From NCBI GenBank assembly GCA_046735395.1, contig JBJKQR010000081.1:1-32442 (forward strand): a stretch of DNA of 32,442 bases, in the 5' to 3' direction. Under the pieces are notes generated by a model. It saw only the letters and a program-made list of their open reading frames with translations, made no database searches and was not told the DNA's origin. The position numbers were made by a program, and so were the translations under genes. The first letter of the stretch is position 1; every line of letters begins with the position of its first letter. The DNA is from Fidelibacterota bacterium. GTDB lineage: Bacteria > Fidelibacterota > Fidelibacteria > Fidelibacterales > DSDE01. Positions 20,758 to 28,281 of this stretch are shown here, in pieces.

Positions 20758-21936
20758 TCAGGCGACAATTTTCAGCAGCGCCGCGCAGATCAGAGCGGCG
20801 TAGGTACCCAGTACATAACCGGCGATTCCGAGCATGACGCCCACACTGGCGAGGGCCGGATGAAAGGCGGAGGCAACGATGGGAGCGGAGGCCGCGCCCC
20901 CGATATTTGCCTGGGAACCGACGGCCATGAAGAAAAGAGGTGCGCGGATGATGCGGGTCATTGCCACCAGAACAATGACATGAACGGTGATCCAGACAAG
21001 TCCCATGGCAAAGAGGTAAGGATATTCCATAACCTGTTTCAGGTCCGCATTCGCGCCGATCACACCGATGAGCAGATAGAGCATGACGGTTCCCAGCTTG
21101 CTGGCGCCTGCGCCCTCGTAATTTTTAATTTTTGTGAAGGAAAATCCCACACCGAGACTGGTGATAAGGATGATTTTCCAGGTGGAATGGGAAATGATGT
21201 CGCCGATTTCCGGCAGCAGATTGCCCAGCACGTAGGCCAGCCAGGCACCCCCGAAGGCCAGAGCCAGCATGACCATGTAATCGGTTGTCGTGGCAACACG
21301 TGTGCTTTTTTCCTGAAATTTCACCACCTTGTCTCTCAGTTCATGGATGGCGCTGTTATCGGCTCCCAGCCGGCTGTCGATGGCTTCCGATCGTCCGGCG
21401 AGATAGAGCAGGATACCCATCCAGATATTGGCGACCAGAACATCGACGACGACCATGATGCCCAGCATGCTGTCCGTAGCACCCACACTGTCACCGATAG
21501 CGATGAAATTTGCTCCGCCCCCGATCCAGGATCCGGCGAGGGCAGCCATGCCCTTCCAGATGTCCGGAGGAAGATGGTTCTTGAAGAGAAAGAGGGCGAT
21601 GGGGCCGCCAATAACCACACCGAGTGTCCCGCTGAAAAACATGATGACGGCTTTGGAACCCAGACGCATAATGCCTTTGATATCCACGGCGATGGTCAGC
21701 ATGAGCAGCGATGCCGGCAGCACAAATGTTTTAATGGATGAATAGAGCGGAGCCTGGGAGGGGATAACGGAAAAAAACGTCAGAAGAGTGGGAATGAAGT
21801 ACGCGAAAACCAGCGGAGGGATAATGGAGAACACCTTTGCATAGCGCGGATGATCCTGAGCCACATAGATCATGGCCGGGATGAACATGAGCACCGCCAG
21901 TAATCCGAATTGGTTGTCGATCAGAACGTGAGACAT
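20758..21936 (-). CDS. DUF819-family membrane protein
   Basis: Polytopic membrane protein; GSWIGGGANF and SQANIGGAASAP re-entrant loop motifs. ATG 21936 follows AAGGA. Confidence 0.88.
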   Translation of the reverse strand: MSHVLIDNQFGLLAVLMFIPAMIYVAQDHPRYAKVFSIIPPLVFAYFIPTLLTFFSVIPSQAPLYSSIKTFVLPASLLMLTIAVDIKGIMRLGSKAVIMFFSGTLGVVIGGPIALFLFKNHLPPDIWKGMAALAGSWIGGGANFIAIGDSVGATDSMLGIMVVVDVLVANIWMGILLYLAGRSEAIDSRLGADNSAIHELRDKVVKFQEKSTRVATTTDYMVMLALAFGGAWLAYVLGNLLPEIGDIISHSTWKIILITSLGVGFSFTKIKNYEGAGASKLGTVMLYLLIGVIGANADLKQVMEYPYLFAMGLVWITVHVIVLVAMTRIIRAPLFFMAVGSQANIGGAASAPIVASAFHPALASVGVMLGIAGYVLGTYAALICAALLKIVA

Positions 21937-22031
21937 GGGCAAGATCCTTTTTTTATGCGGAATATAACCGTATATGTGGTGGGATGAAAGGATAAAGGGA
22001 CAGGTCCGCCTCGTACCGGAATTCGGAAAAC

Positions 22032-22063
22032 TTTGGAATTTCCTTAGATTTATGCCGTATCTT
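22032..22063 (+). promoter_or_regulatory. Putative response-regulator tandem box plus -10 element (autoregulated promoter)
   Basis: 11-bp-period repeats TTTGGAATTTC/CTTAGATTTAT followed by TATCTT (22058-22063); the same geometry recurs at 24011-24042. Confidence 0.55.
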
Positions 22064-22069
22064 ATCTGT

Positions 22070-22747
22070 ATGAAAATTCTGATTGTGGAGGATGAAACCC
22101 GATTGCTTTCTCTGATGAGCAGCTTTCTGAAGGAACAGGGTTTTCTCTGTGAAACGGCAGCGACTTACGGCGAGGGACTGAGCAGGATCCGGGATAATTA
22201 TTATGATATTGTTCTTCTGGATATCGGGCTTCCGGGTGGCAGCGGGCTCTCCCTCATTCAGCACGTCCGGGATACCGATGCAGCTACGGGAATTATCGTC
22301 ATTTCCGCCCGGGATTCGCTGGATGACAAGATCAGCGGCCTGGACCTGGGGGCTGATGACTATCTTACCAAGCCCTTTCAGCTGCCCGAACTGAATTCCC
22401 GGATCAATTCTCTGCTGAGGCGGCGGCAGTTTGGCGGGACATCCGTTCTGCGTCATCATGAAATTCAGCTTGATCCGGCTGCGCATCTCGTAACGGTAAA
22501 CGGCCGGGAAATCCCCTTCACGCGCAAGGAATTCGATCTTCTGCTATTCTTCATGACCAACCCGAATCGGGTGCTGAGCCGGGAAAGCATTGCCGAACAT
22601 CTCTGGGAGGATGACGTGGACCTGGCGGATAATTTTGATTTCATCTATACGCATCTCAACAATATCCGGAAAAAAATAAAATCCGCGGGCGGCCGCGACA
22701 GTATCCGAAGTATTTATGGCATCGGGTACAAACTGGTGGATGAATGA
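22070..22747 (+). CDS. OmpR/PhoB-family DNA-binding response regulator
   Basis: MKILIVEDE, LLDIGLP (phosphoacceptor Asp), ISA, GADDYLTKPF, winged helix TRKEFDLL...IRKKI...IYGIGYK. Confidence 0.95.
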   Translation: MKILIVEDETRLLSLMSSFLKEQGFLCETAATYGEGLSRIRDNYYDIVLLDIGLPGGSGLSLIQHVRDTDAATGIIVISARDSLDDKISGLDLGADDYLTKPFQLPELNSRINSLLRRRQFGGTSVLRHHEIQLDPAAHLVTVNGREIPFTRKEFDLLLFFMTNPNRVLSRESIAEHLWEDDVDLADNFDFIYTHLNNIRKKIKSAGGRDSIRSIYGIGYKLVDE

Positions 22748-23994
22748 AATTTCTGACGAGAATAAACCGGCAGTATCTGCTGCTGCTGAGTATCGCCTTC
22801 GCGCTCCAATCCGTAGCCGGCTTCTTTGTTCTTCATCATATCATCGGCGGCGAAGTGGAGGAGAATCTGATACGAAAAGCGGATATGGCTGAAAAACAGA
22901 TGAAGGAACAGGGAGTTTTTCCCGACTGTTTTCCGGAGGTCGGCAGCCGGCCCTTTTCCGGATCGGCTGCAGCGTATCCGAGGTTCCGGAACGTGACCAT
23001 CCGGAATAATGAGGATGAGGAAGGCGAAGTGTACATGGAGTACAGCCGCATTGTGACGGTGAACGGGAAAACCTGGATGTTACGCCTGCGCCAGCCGCTG
23101 ATTGAAGTGTCGGATCTGGTTGTTGCGATTCTGGGCGGCCTTCTCCTGCTTCTGCTTATTCTCTTTGTACTGGTCTTTTTACTGCAGGATCGCCTGAACC
23201 ATTCAGCATGGAAGGAATTTGAAGATACACTGCAACAGATTGAGGCTTATAATTTACATCGCGATAGCATGCTGGAACCGCCATTCTCCCACATTGAAGA
23301 ATTTCGACGGCTGAACAGGGCGCTGCAGGCCATGTCGCAGCGCCTGGGTGGAGAATATCGCGCTCTCAGGGAATTTACCGAAAATGCCTCGCATGAAATA
23401 CAGACGCCCCTGTCCATCGCTCTCATTCAGCTCGATGAACTGCTGCAGGCGCCGATGGCAGAGGAACAGACGCTGAAGATCAGTGAAACGATACAGACTC
23501 TGAAACGCCTCTCATCTCTGAACCGCAGCCTGATTTTGCTGACAAAAATCGAAAATCAGCAGTTCCGGGATCCGTCTGATGTGGACTTCGGCCGGGTTAT
23601 TCAGGAGCGAATCCGCGAACTGGATCCGATCATCCGCAGCCGGTCGCTGACGGTGACCCTGGCGGAGACGTCTCCTTTCCATTGGAGAATGAACGAGACC
23701 CTGGCTGCTATTCTGGTGAGCAATCTGATGTCCAATGCCATCCGCCACAATGAAGAGGGCGGGGATATTCATATCCGAATTTCTGAAAAAGAATTATTTA
23801 TCAGCAATTCCGGGCCGCTGAGCGAGTTGGATCAAGATAATATTTTCCGGCGTTTTATAAAGGGTGACTCGAGGTCCTTCGGTCTTGGGCTGGCCATTGT
23901 GGATCAGATCTGCCGCAGCTATGGCCTGGCTATTCGTTACGAACAGACGGATCGGCATCAGTTCAGGGTCACTCCCGCCCGCAGACAGGTGTGA
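22744..23994 (+). CDS. Sensor histidine kinase
   Basis: Two TM segments, HAMP-like linker, H box ASHEIQTPL, N box NAIRH, SNSG, F box IF.RF, G2 GLGLAIV. ATGA overlap with the regulator. Confidence 0.93.
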   Translation: MKFLTRINRQYLLLLSIAFALQSVAGFFVLHHIIGGEVEENLIRKADMAEKQMKEQGVFPDCFPEVGSRPFSGSAAAYPRFRNVTIRNNEDEEGEVYMEYSRIVTVNGKTWMLRLRQPLIEVSDLVVAILGGLLLLLLILFVLVFLLQDRLNHSAWKEFEDTLQQIEAYNLHRDSMLEPPFSHIEEFRRLNRALQAMSQRLGGEYRALREFTENASHEIQTPLSIALIQLDELLQAPMAEEQTLKISETIQTLKRLSSLNRSLILLTKIENQQFRDPSDVDFGRVIQERIRELDPIIRSRSLTVTLAETSPFHWRMNETLAAILVSNLMSNAIRHNEEGGDIHIRISEKELFISNSGPLSELDQDNIFRRFIKGDSRSFGLGLAIVDQICRSYGLAIRYEQTDRHQFRVTPARRQV

Positions 23995-24010
23995 ATTATT
24001 TTTCAGGTTC

Positions 24011-24042
24011 TTTTAAATGTCTTTAGAATTTTTCAGTAAAAT
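24011..24042 (+). promoter_or_regulatory. Putative response-regulator tandem box plus -10 element upstream of the PepSY-like gene
   Basis: TTTTAAATGTC/TTTAGAATTTT repeats followed by TAAAAT (24037-24042) at the same offset as the site at 22032-22063. Confidence 0.55.
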
Positions 24043-24072
24043 CGAAGCAAACAGTAACCAAGGAGTAAAAGG

Positions 24073-24558
24073 ATGAAAATGAAAATTGCGATGATCCTGC
24101 TGATTATGGCCGGGCTGTTCTCCTGCCGTAAGGGTGATGAACGCGTGCCGTCGAATGTGATGAAAGCCTTTACACAGAAATTTCCCGGCGCTCAGAATGT
24201 GAAGGCCGATATGGAAGATGCCAAAGAATGGGAGTTTGAATTCACTCTGAACGGAGAGAATTACTCGGCCAATTTTGATTTGGAGGGAAACTGGAAGGAA
24301 ACGGAATACCAGACCACCCTTGACAAGCTGCCGGCGGCTGTCAGCTCCACTCTTGATGAAGATTTTGAGGATATGAAGATTGAAGTGGCAGAAGTTTCCG
24401 AAACTGCCGAAGGGAAAGTTTACGAATTCGCTCTGGAACAGGGTGAAAACAAAATTGAAGTTGCCATTGATGCCAACGGAAAAGTCGTAAGCCAGAGCAA
24501 GGCAAGTTCAGAGGAAGACGAGTCCGGATCCGGAGACAAAGAAGACGACGAAGACTGA
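24073..24558 (+). CDS. PepSY-like (BLIP-like) domain lipoprotein with an acidic tail
   Basis: Lipobox LFSC; two repeats VP..V..AF..KFP...FD..GNW..TE and LP.AV......F...YE...ID.NG; SD AAGGAG. Confidence 0.85.
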   Translation: MKMKIAMILLIMAGLFSCRKGDERVPSNVMKAFTQKFPGAQNVKADMEDAKEWEFEFTLNGENYSANFDLEGNWKETEYQTTLDKLPAAVSSTLDEDFEDMKIEVAEVSETAEGKVYEFALEQGENKIEVAIDANGKVVSQSKASSEEDESGSGDKEDDED

Positions 24559-24592
24559 TTCAATCTTAGTCCGGAAAAACTGATTACCCCCT

Positions 24593-24638
24593 GAAGGGCA
24601 GCCTGTCTCATCGCGGGAGGGCTGTCCTTCTTTTTTTT
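24593..24638 (+). terminator. Intrinsic terminator
   Basis: GAAGGGCAGCC...GGCTGTCCTTC stem followed by T8. Confidence 0.85.
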
Positions 24639-24792
24639 ATGGATCGAACATCTGTCACGGATGTTTTTTTCTGTTCACATCTTAATTATTTAAAAAAATA
24701 GAAATTCAATTTGTGGAAAATGGAGTGCCGGTCTCCCGAATCAGGCCACGGGCCCTGTCTCGGAAGAGGCTTTTTCAGCTGTGACAATTTGC

Positions 24793-24821
24793 TTGACAAA
24801 AACGGGGAAAAATGCTAAATA
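24793..24821 (+). promoter_or_regulatory. Putative sigma70 promoter for the ACP-acyl-CoA synthetase-nagB operon
   Basis: Perfect TTGACA (24793-24798), 17 bp spacer, TG-n-TAAATA extended -10 (imperfect final base). Confidence 0.5.
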
Positions 24822-24915
24822 CAGGGTAACGCAATAATCAGAACGGAACCGTCTCAGGGACCGGGAGGGATAATGGAATCAGGAGACAACAGATTGCGGC
24901 ATTGACGGCCCGATC

Positions 24916-24938
24916 GTTAGTTAATGTATAAAACTAAC
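24916..24938. promoter_or_regulatory. Putative ROK-family (NagC/XylR-like) operator
   Basis: 23-bp GTTAGTT-N9-AACTAAC palindrome; TT/AA at positions -/+5,6 and G/C at -/+11 as in E. coli NagC sites; lies upstream of a nagB-containing operon. Confidence 0.62.
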
Positions 24939-24980
24939 TAAACAGTCTTGAGAGTTTAACCCTAAACGGAAGGATGGAAG

Positions 24981-25232
24981 ATGGAGAAGTTGGAACTGAC
25001 CCAGCGGGTGAAAAAGGTCATTGCAAACGTATTGAAAATGGCAGAATCCGAGATCAGCGATGAGGCCAATTTCATTTTTGATCTGGGGGCCGACTCCATG
25101 CAGAGTCTGCAGCTCGTTGCAGGTTTTGAGGAGGAATTCGGCATTGAAATGGAAGAAGATGAAGCGCTGGCGGTCCAGTCCGTTGCCGGTGCTGTGGAAT
25201 TTATCGGCAGTCTTGTAAACGGACAGGGCTAG
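24981..25232 (+). CDS. Acyl carrier protein (atypical)
   Basis: 83 aa, acidic, DLGADS(39)M phosphopantetheine site, FEEEFGIE; SD AAGGA. Confidence 0.92.
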   Translation: MEKLELTQRVKKVIANVLKMAESEISDEANFIFDLGADSMQSLQLVAGFEEEFGIEMEEDEALAVQSVAGAVEFIGSLVNGQG

Positions 25233-25234
25233 CC

Positions 25235-27367
25235 ATGGGACGGACACGAAAAACACGTGAAGCGATCCACGCCCTGTTCTATCCCCGGTCAGTCGCTGTG
25301 ATCGGGGCCAATGCCGTTCGCGGTACTGTCCCTTTCGATATTTTCAATAATATTCTGAAGGATGATTTTCAGGGTGTTCTGTATCCGGTGAGTCCGAGAG
25401 AAAGCAGTATCTGTTCCGTCAAAGCCTATAAATACGTCATTGACATACCGGATGACGTGGATATGGGTGTGCTGGTATTCCCGTCCTCGGTGGCGTCTCT
25501 GGCCATGAAGCAGTGCGGAGAGAAGGGCATCAGGTCTATGATCATCATTTCTGCCGGCTTTCGGGAAGTGGGCGAGAAAGGCCTGGAGCGGGAAAAGGAA
25601 ATCAAAGCGATTGCGGAGGAATACGGAATCTCCTTCATCGGGCCCAATTGTCTCGGTGTCATCAACACGGATCCCCTGAGCCGCTTCAATGCCAGCTTTG
25701 CCCGGAAAATGCCCGAGCAGGGAAATATCGCCTTTCTCAGCCAGAGCGGGGCACTCTGTACAGCTGTTCTCGATTATGCCCAGGCACGTAAAATCGGTTT
25801 TTCCAAATTTGTCAGCTTCGGCAATAAGGCAGATGTGGATGAAATTGATCTCATGATGTATCTGAAGGATGATCCGCAGACCGATGTGATTCTGCTCTAC
25901 CTGGAGGAGATCACAGACGGCAGGGCCCTGATGGATGCTGCCCGGCAGATCACCCGGGAAACGGGAAAGCCCATTCTGGCTCTGAAGAGCGGGCGCACAT
26001 CAGCCGGAGCCGCGGCGGCAGCATCGCATACCGGTTCACTGGCCGGATCGGATGATATCTGTGACGCGGCCTTTGCCCAGGCGGGAATCATCCGCTGCGA
26101 CGATATTGAACAGATGTTCAATTATGCCACGGCCTTTGCCTGGAAACCGGTGCCGAAAGGTTCCCGAACCGCCATTGTGACCAATGCCGGAGGGCCGGGA
26201 GTGCTGGCGACCGATATGGCCATCGCTCAGGGCCTGGACCTGGCACGCTTTTCAGAAGCTACTACAAAAATCCTGAAAAAGGACCTGCCGGCCACGGCCA
26301 ATATAAAAAACCCCGTGGATGTGATCGGGGACGCGCGGGCAGACCGCTATGACTCGGCCATCCGGGCTGTGCTGGAGGATGATGGCACGGACAGCGCCTG
26401 TGTCATTCTCACTCCCCAGTCCATGACGGATATCGAAACGATTGCACAGGGCATTGTGTCGGTTTCGGAAGCCTTCGACAAACCGCTGTACACCAGTTTC
26501 ATGGGAGAAGCGGATGTGGCTGCCGGTATCCGCATTCTGCTGGAGCATCATATTCCGCATTATAATATTCCGGAAGACATGTGCCGGGCCATGGCTGTCA
26601 CCTCAGCCTTCGGCCGAGACCGGACGGAAAACCACCCTGAACCGGCTGCCTCTGCAGACGCTCCGGCTTTCGTTACAGATTATATTGACGGATTCCGGAA
26701 GGCAGGACAGACCAGTCTGACCGAAGCGGAAACTCTGCCCATTCTGGAAGCCTTCGGGCTGCCGGTGCTTCCGCACGGATTCGCTGCCAGGCGGGATGAG
26801 CTGGTTGCGGCCATGGAAAAATCAGGCTTCCCCCTCGCCATGAAAGTGATGAGCCATCAGTTGCTGCATAAATCCGACAGCGGAGGCGTCATTCTGAATC
26901 TGAACGATCCCGAGGAAGTTTTCAAAGCCTGGGACCGGGTGACAGCCGCGTTGGCTAATAGCCATCCGGAAGCGGTCATCGACGGCTTTCTGCTGGAAAA
27001 AATGGCCGATCCGGGACAGGAACTCATACTCGGAATAAAGCGTGATCCATCTTTCGGCCCGGTTGTGATGGCCGGCCTGGGTGGAATTTTCGTGGAAATA
27101 TTCCGGGATGTGGCCTTTCGGGTCGCGCCACTGTCCGACCGGGATGCCCGTGACATGATCCGGAATCTGAAAGGGTATAAGCTGCTGACCGGTGCCCGTG
27201 GACGCAAAGCTGCAGATATTGAAAGTCTGGAAAAGATTCTGCTGAATGTCGCCCGGATGGCCGCGGCTCTTCCGCAGATTGCCGAACTTGATATCAATCC
27301 CCTTATTCTGGCGGAAGAAGGTCAGGGCGCTGCCGTGGCCGATGCCAGAATCATTCTTAATTCATAA
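25235..27367 (+). CDS. Acetate/acyl-CoA ligase (ADP-forming), fused alpha-beta
   Basis: PRSVAVIGA CoA-binding domain, [28 protein letters not shown] (phospho-His), TNAGGPG, NPVDV.GDA, ATP-grasp HKSD.GGV, FGPVVM.GLGG, ELDINP. No GNAT domain. Confidence 0.93.
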   Translation: MGRTRKTREAIHALFYPRSVAVIGANAVRGTVPFDIFNNILKDDFQGVLYPVSPRESSICSVKAYKYVIDIPDDVDMGVLVFPSSVASLAMKQCGEKGIRSMIIISAGFREVGEKGLEREKEIKAIAEEYGISFIGPNCLGVINTDPLSRFNASFARKMPEQGNIAFLSQSGALCTAVLDYAQARKIGFSKFVSFGNKADVDEIDLMMYLKDDPQTDVILLYLEEITDGRALMDAARQITRETGKPILALKSGRTSAGAAAAASHTGSLAGSDDICDAAFAQAGIIRCDDIEQMFNYATAFAWKPVPKGSRTAIVTNAGGPGVLATDMAIAQGLDLARFSEATTKILKKDLPATANIKNPVDVIGDARADRYDSAIRAVLEDDGTDSACVILTPQSMTDIETIAQGIVSVSEAFDKPLYTSFMGEADVAAGIRILLEHHIPHYNIPEDMCRAMAVTSAFGRDRTENHPEPAASADAPAFVTDYIDGFRKAGQTSLTEAETLPILEAFGLPVLPHGFAARRDELVAAMEKSGFPLAMKVMSHQLLHKSDSGGVILNLNDPEEVFKAWDRVTAALANSHPEAVIDGFLLEKMADPGQELILGIKRDPSFGPVVMAGLGGIFVEIFRDVAFRVAPLSDRDARDMIRNLKGYKLLTGARGRKAADIESLEKILLNVARMAAALPQIAELDINPLILAEEGQGAAVADARIILNS

Positions 27368-27377
27368 AGGAGGTCCT

Positions 27378-28193
27378 ATGCGTTTAATTATTCATGACAA
27401 TTACGACCAGCTCAGTACCTGGGCTGCCCATTACATAGTTCGGAAAATAAAGAAATTCGCACCTACACCCGATCGCCCCTTTGTGCTGGGACTGCCGACC
27501 GGTTCCTCTCCCATCGGAACTTATAAAGAATTGGTGCGGCTGCACAAGGAAGGAAAAATCTCCTTCCGGAATGTGATTACTTTCAACATGGATGAATATG
27601 TGGGCATTGCTGAAACCCACCCCGAGAGCTATCACTATTTCATGCATCACCATCTCTTCGATCATATCGACATTCCGGCTGAAAATATCAACATTCTGAA
27701 TGGAAATGCTGCGCACCTGGATGCGGAATGCCGTCGCTACGAAGAGAAGATCGCGGCGCTCGGGCCCATTCACCTCTTTCTGGGAGGCATCGGGCCGGAC
27801 GGACATATTGCCTTTAACGAACCCGGATCCTCGCTGGGATCCCGGACCCGTATCAAGACCCTTACGCATGACACCATCATTGCCAACGCCCGCTTTTTCG
27901 ATAATAAATTTGAAGATGTACCCAAAACAGCCCTGACCGTCGGAGTCGGCACGGTTCTGGACGCGGAGGAAGTGGTCATCCTCATCAGCGGATACGGAAA
28001 AGCGCACGCCCTGCATCAGGTTGTGGAGGAAGGCGTGAATCACATGTGGACTGTTTCTGCCCTGCAGACACATAAGAAGGGCATGCTCATCTGTGATGAA
28101 GAGAGTACCTATGAACTGAAAGTCGGAACGGTAAAATACTTCAAGGATATCGAAAGGGATGCTATCGGCAGCATACCCGATATTGATGTCTGA
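27378..28193 (+). CDS. nagB: Glucosamine-6-phosphate deaminase
   Basis: [51 protein letters not shown] 27378 follows AGGAGG. Confidence 0.97.
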   Translation: MRLIIHDNYDQLSTWAAHYIVRKIKKFAPTPDRPFVLGLPTGSSPIGTYKELVRLHKEGKISFRNVITFNMDEYVGIAETHPESYHYFMHHHLFDHIDIPAENINILNGNAAHLDAECRRYEEKIAALGPIHLFLGGIGPDGHIAFNEPGSSLGSRTRIKTLTHDTIIANARFFDNKFEDVPKTALTVGVGTVLDAEEVVILISGYGKAHALHQVVEEGVNHMWTVSALQTHKKGMLICDEESTYELKVGTVKYFKDIERDAIGSIPDIDV

Positions 28194-28198
28194 GATAA

Positions 28199-28240
28199 GG
28201 GCGGTACCTGGTTCCCCTTCCGGGTTCCGCCTGTTTTTTT
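28199..28240 (+). terminator. Imperfect intrinsic terminator between nagB and the DUF4954 gene
   Basis: GGGCGGTACCTGG-TTCCCCTT-CCGGGTTCCGCCT then G-T7; one T-T mismatch and two G-U pairs. Confidence 0.7.
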
Positions 28241-28281
28241 CATTTCGCTGATCTGTATCTCTTAAACGCAAGGAGTCCCAT

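Noticed and set aside
24822..24915. Possible glmS ribozyme or riboswitch in the leader of the nagB-containing operon
   Set aside because: No AGCGCC or GACGAGG glmS core; only short pairings (CGCAAT/ATTGCG, GTCTC/GAGAC) expected by chance.
25235..27367. Protein lysine acetyltransferase (Pat/Pka) call
   Set aside because: No GNAT domain is fused and the catalytic His motifs are intact, which favours an active ADP-forming ligase.
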